Numbered from the stretch's first letter, positions 51,448 to 64,000 are shown. The stretch is DNA of 64,000 bases from Vicugna vicugna (GCA_013265495.1 MU058584.1:5462508-5526507); one strand, 5' to 3'. The notes: generated from the sequence alone by a model not told the origin. Numbers and translations: made by a program.

Positions 51448-52494
51448 CTACTGGTTCAGGTTTTTGTTTTTTTTTTAATTATCATGTGATATAATCTCTA
51501 AAACTGCTAGCATTAATAGCTAACATTTTACACTTACTATGCAAACTGTTCTAAGTACATCACTTGTATTAACTTATTTATGAAGTAGGTTCTGTCATCT
51601 CCATTTTGCAGAGGAGCTTTGGAGAGGTCAAGAAATGTCTCCAAGCTCACATAATTAGTGTCAATCCACAGAATTTTCACAATCATTCCAAACATTTATA
51701 TACTATAATCACCGTTGTCAGGTACAGCAGTATTTTCCCTGAGCTATTTGCCATTCTTTTATCTATATTCTTCTTTCTTCTTTTATCTATATTCTTGTTT
51801 CTTCTAATTCAGACAGATGGGTATAGACAGATCTTTTGCCTGTACTACATATCACCAGGCTCTGAAGAGAGCTGAGGGTTCCTGATGCACACATCACAGT
51901 TGCTAGGTGCTGGTGCTTTGGCTGCCTAGCAACAGATGTTTCTTTATTCCAGCCAGGTGTGAAGAGCAGGTCATGACTTCCAAAGACAAAAGCCACAGTG
52001 ATTTTTCAGTGCTTTGTCATTGATAGAGAACCTATAATTATAAAGGCACACAAGCCTGGAATAAATCTATTCCATCCTCCTGCTTTCACACAGTAATAGA
52101 TTCAGTCAAAACCATCTACTTATTCTCTAAATGTCTTCAAGAAGGAGACATCAGACAAGACCAGATTTATCTGTTAAGAAGGACACCTTGACTCAGAGTT
52201 TGAGATGCTATAGTATAGTGCCAGGATGGTTCGTTTAGAATGTGTGCATTTTACATTATGTAAAGTATGCAACAATAAAGTTGATTGAAAAAATAAAAAT
52301 TAAAAAAATTAACACTTCCCACACCAATAACTTGCAAGACAGAAGAAAAAGATTTCAGTGGCTGCTTAAAGCATTCTTAAGTCTTTGGAAAAATCTGGAG
52401 AGAGTGAATAAGATTAAATTCTAGTAATAAAACTTAGAGTTGAGAACACATGCTAAAATTTAGGCAGGACCAATTAAAATGTATACTCTTATAG

Positions 52495-52714
52495 CAGAGG
52501 TCTATAAACTTTTTCTGTAAGGAGTCAGATAGTATTTTAGGCTTTGCAAATTTTACTGCAATCTATCACAACTGCTCAACCCTGCTTTGTAGCATGAAAG
52601 CAGCCATAGACAATACCTAAATAAATGGGCATGACTGTGTTCCAATAAAACTTGTTTATAAAACCAGGCAGCTGGCCCAGTTTAGCTCAATGGTTATAGC
52701 TTGTTGATCCCCTC
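52495..52714. mobile_element. MER58A hAT MITE
   Basis: cagaggtctataaactttttctgtaagg...aaagcagccatagacaata...gactgtgttccaataaaact...ttgttgatcccct. Confidence 0.88.
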
Positions 52715-52849
52715 ATCTAGAGCTTTCAAACCAGCAGATAAACAAAGGGAAAGAGGGCAATGAAGAAAACTATCCAACAGAAGGTGGCAGGGTGGGGAAA
52801 GGGAGAAACGGGAAAAATGAAAAAACCTTAAGCAAAGGTAAAGAAAGGA

Positions 52850-53505
52850 ACCTAAATCAGTTATCATAATAAATGGCAATGGGTTAAATTCAACTATTTT
52901 AAGATGAATAGATTAGATTGAAAAACTTAAAATGAAAAAAAATAGAAATGAAATAAATTTCAGTCATAGTGATTATAAGATACATACTAAAAGCAAAAGG
53001 CTAAAAAAATTGCAGAAAGCTATGCCTCCTTTTAAGGTAAACAATAAAAATGATTACTGGGAATAAAGACACTACATAATAAGCAAAAAGATAAAATAAT
53101 CACACATAACAAAGCCTCAGGAAATACAGAACAGACACAGTCCAAACCAAAAGCAGAAATGACAAATTCATAATAATAGATAATTTTAACAAGGAAGAAT
53201 TTAACAAGGTTTTTTCCAGAAGGTGATAATCCAACCAGACCAAAAAAAGTATACTTTTGAATAAGAGGTTTGAATCAATAGTTATTTATATGTAGTGAGG
53301 ACAATGCAAGAAATACCTTTCTTTTCAAGCACACACTGCAGGTTTTTGTTTTTTGTTTTTTTTTAATTAACCATGTGCTTTGTAACAAAGGACATCAACA
53401 AATTTCAAATAACCAATCATCATTGAGAACACATTCTCTGACGATGTTCAGACACTAAACAAGACTCAAAGAATACATGGGCTAAAAGAAAAATTACAAT
53501 GAGTA
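52850..53505 (+). mobile_element. Old L1 ORF2 endonuclease-region remnant
   Basis: aaatcagttatcataataaatggcaatgggttaaattc; gacaaattcataataatagataattttaac; acattctctgac. Confidence 0.55.
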
Positions 53506-53544
53506 CAAAGTGTAAAGGAGTGTAAGTGTAACAATGAAACAAAT

Positions 53545-53900
53545 AGTGTCCCTGTTACCAGTTGGTAAGCTGGTGAAGGAGACAGAACATGACCATTAGG
53601 CAAAAATTAATATATAATGTACATTATATGTTGTAGCTGTGTATGTTAGTTATATAATATATAACATTAAACTGTGCAAAGTGCTATAAAGGAAAAGCTG
53701 AGAATGACAAGAGAACATGTTACTTGGGGTTTCCCTGAGAAAAATGACATTTGGGGGAGTGGAGAGAGGAGAAGGGGATGCATATTCCAGGCAAAGGGAA
53801 GAGCATGAGAAAAGGCCCTGAGGAGAGTGGGAACAAAGGGTATTTAGGGAACTGAAAAGCAGGCAGTGGTGCTAGAGTGCAGGAGCAAGGGACAGAACAC
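53545..53900 (-). mobile_element. L2 fragment
   Basis: aagtgctataaaggaaaag...ttccctgagaaaatgacattt...tattccaggcaaagggaagagcatgagaaaaggccctgagg. Confidence 0.75.
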
Positions 53901-54185
53901 CCGGAACCAAGTGTACATAAATTACACCTAGGAAAACGAGATTCCTGAAATATAACAGGATAAAACAAACAAATTAAACATCTTTAGAAATATCAAAAGC
54001 ATTATTCCCATGTAACTGGAAGAGCGTTAAGGAGTCTTCTAAATTTATAATTCTCAAGAGCTTGTTTGTTATTCGTCTCTTAACTGCCATTATCTCAGCC
54101 AGAACAGCAGTCATTTCTGTAAGTCCCACCTTAAACTAAGCATTGTTCACCCAGTTAAGATGCTAGGTATTAAAATCACCCTTCA

Positions 54186-54381
54186 CAGTGGGGAGGGTGT
54201 AGCTCAGTGGTAGAGCACATGCTTAATATGCACAAGGTCCTGGGTTCAATCCGCGGTATTTCCATTAAAAAAATAATAAATTAAAATAAATAAATAAACC
54301 TAATTATCTCCCCCCAATAAATAAATAAATAAATTGTACCTCAAAAAAATGGTTAAAAATATTTTTTTAAATAAAATAAAA
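54186..54381 (+). mobile_element. tRNA-Ala-derived (vic-1-like) SINE with 15-bp TSD
   Basis: ggggagggtgtagctcagtggtagagcacatgcttaatatgcacaaggtcctgggttcaatcc plus long AT tail. TSD TAAAATCACCCTTCA at 54171-54185 and 54382-54396. Confidence 0.93.
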
Positions 54382-54619
54382 TAAAATCACCCTTCATACC
54401 AATTATTACATAACTTGCTATCAGGAATGGCTTTCCCCAAGGAATCAACTGACCTCAGTATTCATGGAATAGCATAAATAATTCCAGCTATGGACTCAAA
54501 TAGCTCTGGATTTCGGGATGTTACCTACGTCTTCCAATTCGTAGATTCCACACCTATGAAGTAAATAATAAACTTGAAGATGGGGATTTATAGGGTCTAA
54601 GTGATAATCTGTGTAGACA

Positions 54620-54830
54620 AAGAATGGTATAATGTGATCAAATGAAGACAGATTTCCTACAAATCCCAACCCGCCACCTAAGAGCTGTGTGACTGGGCAA
54701 GTTACCTAACATCTCACTGCCTAGGTTTCCTCCTCTGTGACACGGGCTTCAAATAATACCTAGCCTCGCAGTTTCAGGAATTAAATAATTCATGTAAAGT
54801 ACTTATCACACCATACATATAAATTGCAGT
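54620..54830 (+). mobile_element. MIR SINE
   Basis: aaatcccaac...agctgtgtgactgggcaagttacctaacatctcactgcctaggtttcctcctctgt...catgtaaagtactta. Confidence 0.8.
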
Positions 54831-55433
54831 TTAAAAAACTTTTTGTTTTTCTGTACGCAAGAAAATTCTTTTCTGACAGTTGTATTAACAATATTTGAGG
54901 AGACCTTCTCCTCTGCCCTCGGTCAAGTCTTTACAACTACAATCCTAGGAACTCTCATTTCCCCCTAAATGTTATTACATGTTGGAACATATTAGCAGAC
55001 AAAATTTTCATTATTTTTAAATGAAATTTTTTAGTAGCCTGTTACACAACTGCTTCGTTAGGCCCATTCAATGCAATCCTTCCTGAAGACTGGGATTCTT
55101 TTGCAGGGACTAACAGAACTCTTGAGATTCCTTGTAAGTCAATAAATTACTGATTTCACTTAAAGTTCCCAGAACTTATAAGTTTATCAGACATTTCCAC
55201 TACCTATAATTTTGTGTTTCAAAACTGCACACTAAGCTTCATGCAGAGTCAGGGTCTTACATGTATTTTAAACACTTGCTGCACCGTTTATAAATTCCCT
55301 TTAACTGTTTACTTTTTCAGATAGAAAATAAAACAGTCACAAAACTCCAAAACTGTGACATTCTAAGCATAACTGGGCCCATCCCAAGAATTACTGAAAC
55401 TGAGTTAGATTTACAATATTAAATCCAATCTCT

Positions 55434-55761
55434 TTATAATTAACATTGAATATTATATTAGTTTCAAGTGTACAACATAGTGATTTGACATTATGAAATG
55501 ACCACAATAAGACCAGTTACCACCTGTCACCAGACAAGTTGCTCCAGCATTACTGACTATGTTCCCTGTGTGATCATCTCCCTGATTTATTTCATAGCTG
55601 TAAGTGTGTACCTCTTAATCCCCTTCACTTATTTTGTCCATCCATCCCACACCCCTCCCCTCTGGCAACTACCAGTTTGATCTCTGAATCTATGAGTATG
55701 TTTCCGTTTTGTTTGTTCATGTTTTGCTTTTTTAGATTCCACATATAAGGGAAATCATATG
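55434..55761 (-). mobile_element. Short L1 3' end with 14-bp TSD
   Basis: tatattagtttcaagtgtacaacatagtgatt...ttttagattccacatataag. TSD TAAATCCAATCTCT (55420-55433) / TAAATCTAATCTCT (55762-55775). Confidence 0.9.
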
Positions 55762-56864
55762 TAAATCTAATCTCTCTACACCAAAAACTTTCATGCCTCT
55801 TCCACAGTATCCCAGAAGCTGAACTGCTTGAAGGAAATCTAATACAAAAAAGCTTGGAACATAACCAATTCCATCAGCCCAAATTCAGGGGGGTTCCATA
55901 GCATGGAATGTGTCTTCTAGGGCTCTTGGCCCGTACGTAGCACCAAAATTACCATTCAGGGCAGAAATTTAAACTCTGAAAGAAGCTCTGAGTAAGAATA
56001 GCTCAATTTTTAAAAGTGAGGAACTTGACAAATATGATCTTGCTGAAGATCTGGTCCTGTTTCAATTAGCATATCAAAGATCATTCTAGCATTAAATTTA
56101 CTATCTGGTCAATATTCTAATAATTTGCTCCCTAATTAGTTAAAAGCAAACAGACAACCCAAAAATTGTCTATATATATCCTTCGAAAAATAAAATCTAA
56201 AATTGCTATGTAATAGCCTCCATTAAGATAGAATTAATTTTTACAGCCAAATCACAACATTGAGATATATAAAAGACAACTATCTTTTATCAGAATTTTT
56301 GATAGTTTCACAGAAAAATAGAATATCAGAGTTTAAAGGCTGAGAGAAAACTTTTTAAAACATCCTGACTCACTTTATTGAGGAAGAAACTAATATCAGA
56401 AAGGACAATGTTATGAACAATGCAGTAAAATCATTTAATGCATAAATCTGTTATGAGAAAGGAAAATTTCCCACAAAACTTTAGGGTCATAATACTTGAA
56501 AAGGTTAATTATGGGGCCATTGCAAGTGCAAAAGCAGGTTTTCCAGATTTGGCTACAACTTCCCGCCCAGTGCCAACTGTAATGGACAATCAGAACAGGT
56601 AATGGCTGATAGGTGCTAAATCAACTCGATGTAAGTAATAACTTCATGGGCTTAAATAGACCCAGACTTTAACTAAGAAAAATAATTAAAAGTACTTTGT
56701 TCCTTAAATAATGACAGGGATTTTCTTTCTTTCTCTGGATTATGGATGTTGGATTGTTAGTATTTTAAACTACTGCTTTGTTTCTAAGGAGTCATTCAAC
56801 TTTATTTAAAAATTAAAAGATAATGATATTAGCAGTAGTGGTAGTACTATTAAAGCAGTAATCA

Positions 56865-57140
56865 TAATAGTAATAATGTCTAACACTTACATAGTAAGTA
56901 ACGAAGTGCTGGGCACTGTGCTTAGGACATTAACCCTACATTTAATCATTAAAAAAATCACATCGTCATCTAACCATTAAGTGCATTTAAGCCTTAAATT
57001 CCCTTGTGAAGAAGGTATATCATTCTCATTTTATAGATGAAGAAACAAGATACAAAGAGGTTAAGTAATTTATTTAACATCCCATGGCCAGTAAGTAGCG
57101 GAGCCAGAATTCAAACCTACACAGCCTGATTTCAGAGTAA
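56865..57140 (-). mobile_element. MIR SINE
   Basis: taacacttacatag...gtgctgggcactgtgct...cattttatagatgaagaaac...agaggttaagtaattt...agtaagtagcggagccagaattcaaacc. Confidence 0.85.
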
Positions 57141-57525
57141 AAATAATTCATTTTAATCAATGGAATTAGACTAGCTACATATAAACAATACTAAGGACAG
57201 CAAAACAAAACACATTGCATAATTTTAAAATTAAAAAAGAAAAATGAAAATTCACTTTTTCTTCCCTTTTAAAAACCTGAGTCCCCAAATGACAAAACAT
57301 ATTTCAATCTACATATATAAAAAAGAATGCAAATATCCCAAGTATATGCTATGATTTCTCCCCGCCATTTATTCCACAAACTAAGTTCCTTTCCTAGCTC
57401 TCTCAGAAGTGAGAGGTGAACTATAGCATCTATATAGATTAAGTACAGGACTAAGAATGAAGGCCGCCTACATCCACGAGACTCTATCATTTGTGCCAAG
57501 AAATTATTGCCCACAAAGATAAAGC

Positions 57526-57950
57526 TGTAAATCAGTAAATGACTTCACTGTTTACTTCAGGAACCTCCCAAAAGTCCATTTGTCCCAACAATAGACTATT
57601 CAAACAGTTCCCTTTTCATAATATTCCCTCAACTGGGCAAATAGCTCACTTATCAAACAGTTGCTTATTTATGAGACTTGCTTAAAATCCTTGCCTCACT
57701 GTTCCTACTAATCCTAAACCATAATATCATAAACTTTGCCAGTTTCAATCATATCACTGCATTGATAGACCCACATTAACTCTCTCAAGGTCATACCTGA
57801 AACTATACAATATCCGCCCAGACCCTCTCCATTGTGAAGTCTATTAAGACTCCATCAAGGTGTGAGCTCCCTACTGTAGTAAGCAATAAACTCAGTTTTG
57901 CTTGATCAACAAGCCATTCTGGCCTTCTTTGGGGGAGTCGGCAGCCAACA
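57526..57950 (+). mobile_element. ERV1-class solo LTR (MER89/MER90-like)
   Basis: TGT...ACA ends; aaatgacttcactgttttacttcaggaa at the start; caataaactcagttttgcttgatcaaca...tttgggggagtcggcagccaaca at the end. Confidence 0.75.
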
Positions 57951-58859
57951 GAAGAGAACCTATTCTATTTCAACAGCTCTGTTAACAACTCTTTTTTTTT
58001 TTTTAATCTCTTCTCTCACGCCTATACTAGACCACAGGTGAAATTAAATATGCCAGGAAATGGGATCATTATGGAAAAAGATAAACAAACCAGCAATTGA
58101 AAGGGGACCAAGTGAATGTAATAATAAATTCAACAGACTTCAAACTATATTTCATTGTAGCCACAATTTAACTCTAAGCTAAACTGGGTTAATTACACAT
58201 TTCAAAATAGTCTTAAAGTATCCCTAAAATCGAGATTTAAAAAGCAAATAAAAGGGAAAAAAGCCTTGAAATGTCAAAGTTCGTGTTCTGTCATATGATT
58301 GGATGTTACAAAAAGTTCTTTAATAAGTTCATATGCCTCTAATGTTACGTATCAAATATAAATAGATGAAAAACGTTTTAATCTTAAAGAATAGCTATGA
58401 CTAAAAATGATTTAAACCATGTAAACATTAGTCGTTTTGACATCACCTTTCACTCAATCATTTTATTAGATTTCAGTTATATTTATCTATGCAATTATCA
58501 AAGTATATAACCAGTATTTTAACTCATTTTATTTGTCTCTTTCTATGCATCATTTTTCCTTAGAAAAAAAATTAAATCAGATAAAAATAAAATTGAATGT
58601 ATTTAGATGCCAAAATGAATTTTTTTTTAAGTTGAAGCCTTTAAAAAAGAAGAACTTGTCTCATCACATTAAAATGTGTGTGGGTATATTATGTATGTGT
58701 GTGTATGGGTCCACCTCAAGGTAAGAAGAATGAGTGCAACATAAAATCTCAATTTTTTTTTCATAGATTGTCAACACCAGCAGCCATCTTAGATATGACT
58801 AGTATTACTTGCTATGTAAGTGTTACTAACCACGTGATGTTTTTGTTGCTACTGCTGTA

Positions 58860-59100
58860 GAGTCACATATGCAGGAGAAAGAACACAGGGAGAGCCCAGG
58901 GTTTAACATCCTGGATTCCCTCCTCTAAACTGAGGGAAATGACATTTTCATATAGCCTCAGCTTGCTTATCTACAAAACAATGATATACCCACCTACTTG
59001 CCATAATTGCTGTGAAGATTAAAGAAAATAATGGATATGGTACTCAGTCTAATACCAGGCACATGGTGACTAAGTTCTTAATAAATGTTTGTTACCTATT
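58860..59100 (+). mobile_element. MIR SINE
   Basis: gcctcagcttgcttatctacaaaac...tgctgtgaagattaaagaaaataatg...ccaggcacatggt...taataaatgtt. Confidence 0.75.
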
Positions 59101-59652
59101 ATGCATGTTAGTTCCCTATAATTATGGTCCTAAGGATCAATAAGATATTAAAGTCCTACCTAAATAATTAAAAGAAGTATTAATTATGCAACAAGATCTT
59201 TAAGGTTCATATCCTTTTCAACAAATAGGTCTACTTCTAGGAAACTAGCGAGAGGAAATAATTAGTGATATTGTCAGATACTTACATACAAAGATATTCT
59301 TCAAAGCTTTATTTTTAACATCAAAAAAATGGAAACAACGTAAATCTTCAATTATATTATATCTATCATCCAAAATGCTCCCCCAAATTTAATTAAAACA
59401 GCCTATAGACCTACATCTCAACCATGTTAATAATTACATTCATGTCAGTTATACACATATATATATACACATATACAAGAGAAAAGGATTTAGAGAAAAT
59501 ATCAAAATATTAACAATGATTATCTCAGGATGATAGGAAAACAGGTAACTTTTACTGTTTCATGTTTTTTTTTTTAATTTTCCATATTTTCTACTATATA
59601 CCTGAATTACTTCAATATTTAGAAAAAATGAAATTTTAAAAAATCCATTCAA

Positions 59653-60894
59653 CTAGGAGGTTTATAGTGTCTTATCTTATGTTTAATTCTTTAAGACATT
59701 TTGAATTTATTTTTGTGCATGGTGTGAGGGAGTGTTCTAACTTCATTGATTTACATGCTGCTGTCCAGTTTTCCCAACACTTTTCTGACATAAATTTTAG
59801 CAATGTTCTCCTAGGACTATCTACCCAGACAACAGAAATAAAAGCAAAAATAAACAAATGGGATCTAATTAAACTTTTAGCTTTTGCACAGCAAAGGAAA
59901 CCATAAGCAAAACAAAATAACCACCTACAGAATGGGAGAAAATATTTGCAAATGACGCTACTGACAAGGGCTTAATTTCCAGAATATATAAAAAGCTCAT
60001 ACAGCTTAATAACAACAACAACAACCAACCTAATCCAAAAATAGGCAGAAGACCTAAACAAGCAATTCTCCAGTGAACACATACAAATGGCCAACAAGCA
60101 CATGAGAAAACACTCAATATCGCTAATTATCAGAGAAATGCAAATCAAAACTACAATGAGGTATTACCTCACACCAACCAGAATGGCCATCATTCAAAAG
60201 TCAACAAATGATAAATGCTGGAGAGGGTGTGGAGAAAACGGAACCCTTCTACACTGTTGGTGGGAATTTAGTTTGGTGCAACCACTATAGAAAACTGTAT
60301 GGAGATCCCTCAAAAGACTAAACAGAGTTACCATATGATCCAGCAATCCTACTCCTGGGCATATATCCAGAAGGAACTCTAATTCAAAAAGATACATGCA
60401 CCCCAATGTTCATAGCAGCATTATTTACAATAGCCAGGACATAGAAAGAATCTAAATGTCCAACAGCAGATGACTGGATAAAGCAGTTGTGGTATATTTA
60501 TACAATGGAATACTACTCAGCCATAAAAAAGAATGAAATATTGCCATTTGCAGCACCATGGATGGACCTGGAGATCATCATTCTAAGGGAAGTAAGCCAG
60601 TAAGAGAAAGAAAAATACCATATGATACCACTCATATGTGGAATCGGGAAAGAAAGAAAGGAAAAAAAAAAGACAAATGAACTTATCTACAAAACAGACA
60701 CAGACTCAACAGAAAACAAACTTATGGCTACTGGGGGGAAAGAGGGTAGGAAGGGATAAATTGGTAGCTCAAGATTTACAGATAACTACTATATATAAAA
60801 TAGATGAACAACAAGTTTCTTCTGTACAGCACAGTGAATTATATTCAGTATCTTGTAGAAACTTATAATGAAAAAGAATATAAACCAAAAAAAC
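59653..60894 (+). mobile_element. Young L1 with 5' inversion (twin priming) and TSD
   Basis: 59653-59780 is antisense ORF2 ([27 protein letters not shown] on the minus strand); the rest is sense ORF2 C-terminus and 3'UTR. TSD AATCCATTCAA at 59642-59652 and 60895-60905. Confidence 0.93.
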
Positions 60895-61561
60895 AATCCA
60901 TTCAATTATGTTCATTAGTTAGTACATTCTAGTTTTTTAAGGATGATCTTTTAAATTATACCTCATCTCATTTCCAAAAGGGTTTGAAATGGCTGACAAA
61001 ATACATGGAGCAGACTAAACCAAACAGGTGAAGAAAAATAAAGTTAAGAAAGAACTTACAAACCCTCACTGTATGTATACACACATATACACATATGTAT
61101 TAGTCAAAGAACTTTGTTTCAGATACTGAGAACAAAAAAGTTTCTTTAATTTCACAGGAAGGATATACTGCTGATATGGTAGACACTGTTTTAAATTGTA
61201 CATTAGGAGTTCCCTTTAAGTGAATTAAGTGCATCACAGTTATGTGGCTGGGAGGAAAGAAGGCAGATTAAAAGTCAAGGAACCAAGACCTGTAACAGGA
61301 CTATCATGACCATGATCAGTAACACAGGGAACGCCTTTTTAAAGTGCACAAATACAAAGACAGAGAAAAATAAATGTAGATTTAGACAGATTCTGCCCTC
61401 ATGTTATATTACCTTTATTCAGGTGCCTTCAAAAAAAAAGTGAAAATATTAAAATTACACTTTTTAATTTCTACATATAAAACCTATCAAGAAAATAAAC
61501 ATTAACAAAATAAGCTATTAGCAAAATGTATTGGCTATATTGTATTCAACACAGCACTTAC

Positions 61562-61667
61562 CTTCACTGACAGCATGGGGCTTCACAATGCAACAAGTAC
61601 AGTTAGTAAATTTAGCAGTGTTTGCTGGCCCACAAACTCCACTTGAAGGGAAAAATAACTCCATTTC
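61562..61667 (-). CDS. NME7: NME7 internal coding exon (human exon 7 equivalent), 106 nt
   Basis: Minus strand reads ...tctctgtctttag|GAAATGGAG...GTCAGTGAAG|gtaagt. It translates EMELFFPSSGVCGPANTAKFTNCTCCIVKPHAVSE(G), the end of NDK domain A and start of domain B. Phase 0 to 1. Confidence 0.97.
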
Positions 61668-61932
61668 CTAAAGACAGAGAGAAATGACTTCAGCACATGT
61701 AATCTCTTCTCTTGAGCTCCTAGGATATCTATGTAAGAGAAGAAGAACTAGGCAATTATTTTTTAAAGTTTTATAACATAAATCTTTCAAGCCTTCTTAA
61801 AAATGATTTTTTTACAAAGACTAACTGATTAATTGAACCTTATTTTAAGTCTTATGATCAAAAGAACATATAGAGTAGTATTAAAACAATACAATAAAAT
61901 GCATCATTCTGTCCCAAGATTAAAACTGAGAA

Positions 61933-61972
61933 ACACCGTAAATCAACTACACTTCAATAAATGTTTTAAAAA
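61933..61972 (+). mobile_element. 40-bp L1 3'-tip insertion with TSD
   Basis: acaccgtaaatcaactacacttcaataaa...A-tail, flanked by AAAACTGAGAA at 61922-61932 and 61973-61983. Confidence 0.8.
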
Positions 61973-63399
61973 AAAACTGAGAATGTCTTAATATATTTGA
62001 ATATCAGAAGTAATCAATATAAAGTTCTCATTTTCCCCAAAGCATTTATTTATGAGACACAAGTCCAATTTTAAACTTGTCAATTAAAATTCAATTAAAA
62101 ACTCGGGAATCTTTACAAAGCAGTTTAGCAGTCAAGAATCAGAGCTGCAGTTAGATAAAACTAACTTACTACATATAGTTCTAGTATAAAGTCAAATCCC
62201 ATGAACTCGTTTTATAACCAGATTCAGGTTGTGCTATTTGCTTTGCACATCGTTCGTTAAAATGACAACCCAGCACCATGAACTCACCACAAAGATGGCC
62301 ACACTAATCAGTTAATTATTTAGACAGATGCTTTTCTGCCTGTAAACTTTTATTACTATTATTTCTAGTAATCTCTATAAAGCCCTCTGTCTCAAAGAAC
62401 CCCACCAATGTGTGAAGGGTCACTTCAAGTACCACCTCCTCAATGAGAACTTTTCTGATGCCCCTAATCAGTACCCTGTACTCCCTCCAAAGTTGTGGTT
62501 ATTTTGGCAATTGCCCTCCATGAATTATAAATTTGAAGAACTAACTTGCATAGCCTTATAGGTCCTTTAGCATCTAGAACAAATAACTCAAATATACATT
62601 TTCCATTGAATTTAAAAGTTGAAAGATCGCAGGATGTGTTAATGCACCACACTGTTGTGCATTTTAAAAAACCTATTGGCTGAGTAATATCCCATTGTAA
62701 TATGTACACCTCATCTTCTTTATCCAGTCATCTGTATTTAAGGCAAAGCATATAAAGATTTTTACTTAAATGTATCTTCTTAGTGAAAGTAATTCTATGC
62801 TACACCTTTGCTTTCTCTTTCTCCCTGTGCAGGTTGTCATCTCTGTCCCACTTATTAATCCAAGCTCATATTTGCAAGAGCACTGTTACTAGGTCATTGT
62901 CACATGGCAATTAACAGAGACTGCAAACGAATATAAAGTCACACCAAAAAAAGTCATATTCCTTTATTCCTTTGTGATCTGAGCTGCTTTAAACATTTTG
63001 TATAAAGCTTTTCTCCTTCCAAGGTTCCCTGCTATTGCTCTCAGCCTTTTATATGTCCCTAAATGACCTAGCAAGGAAGGATAAAGACATAACTTTCCCA
63101 AGAATTCAGACTCAATTTCATAAACTTTTAAATATAGTTTTTTGTACTGTATTTTTATCTAAAATTGTTGTGTATATAGTTGCCGTTTCTTAAGTTTCAC
63201 CCTGATGAGACCCCATGCCCTATGATGATCTCACTAAAATATTTGACTAATTTACATTCATATCTTTAATTATCAAAATAAAGGTATAACCAATGGTTGC
63301 CAGTTAAAAGTTCCTTTAATACTTTTACGAAGTAATTTTAAATAACCACCACTCTTATAAATGCCCCAGATTAAAACACTCAAAGTACTGAACTCTCTC

Positions 63400-63850
63400 T
63401 GCGTACTTTAAATATCAAATATGAAATCTGTTCTCAGAAAATAATCCAAAACATTAATGAAATATGAAGTCACATGATCAATGCACCCTTATTTACAAAA
63501 GTGAAAAAAATTAGAACCTAACAAAATATTCCAAGGTAAGGAAATAATAAAACATGATTTAGTTCAGTCATGCAAGAGAACATTCCACAGCCATTAAAAT
63601 TTACTCTTATGACAATGATGTGGCAACATGTAAAATGTTATGATATAATATTAAGAAAAGAATAATCAAGTTAAATTAAAACCACATAAAATGATGTTTA
63701 CTATGTAAATTATATAACTGACCAAAAGAGAATCACTCAGAAGGAATACGCCACATGTAGGTAAACTACTAACATCGCTGGCAGGATTACCGATGACAAA
63801 TTTTCTCTAGTTTTCAAATTATCTGAAAAGTGTCTCCATTACTTTCCTAT
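63400..63850 (+). mobile_element. Old L1M 3' fragment
   Basis: aaaaattagaacctaacaaaatattcc...aacattccacagccattaaaat...atataatattaagaaaag. Confidence 0.55.
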
Positions 63851-63894
63851 CCTAAAAGACTGTAACATTTAGAACAAAGTAGGCCACTACTTTC

Positions 63895-64000
63895 AGCATA
63901 TGCAGTGGAGAGTAGTGGAGTTAGAATTTCCTGGGCTTGAGTCCTTGTGCAGCCAAACTACTTAAATTCTCTGAGCCTCTACTTCTGCAACAGTAAACTG
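63895..64000 (+). mobile_element. MIR SINE running off the window end
   Basis: ggagttagaatttcctgggcttgagtcc...cttaaattctctgagcctc...ctgcaa. Confidence 0.6.

Overview
Mammalian genomic DNA, AT-rich and repeat-dense. It is probably from a camelid, judged by several tRNA-Ala-derived SINEs resembling the vic-1 family. The whole window lies inside NME7 (nucleoside diphosphate kinase 7, ciliary/centrosomal), transcribed on the minus strand. Four internal coding exons are visible: 61562-61667, 35097-35161, 32468-32536 and 26065-26166. They correspond to human exons 7-10 by recollection of the human gene and splice in frame to EMELFFPSSGVCGPANTAKFTNCTCCIVKPHAVSEGLLGKIVMAIRDAGFEISAMQMFNMDRVNVEEFYEVYKGVVSEYNEMVTEMYSGPCVAMEIQQNNSTMTFREFCGPADP. 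The rest is intron filled with L1, L2, MIR, tRNA-SINEs, LTRs and hAT/Tigger fossils. None of the supplied ORFs is a credible gene; a few are L1 ORF2 remnants. The most unusual items are a ~280-bp palindrome built from alternating ~29-nt subunits (14289-14570), a candidate poison exon or recursive splice site just after exon 10 (25800-25901), a second candidate cassette exon (2170-2245), a paired RFX X-box cluster (51899-51975), and inverted SINE and L1 pairs able to form dsRNA. Repeat family names come from remembered consensus sequences, and most repeat boundaries are approximate. I see no firm evidence of a wholly new biological system.
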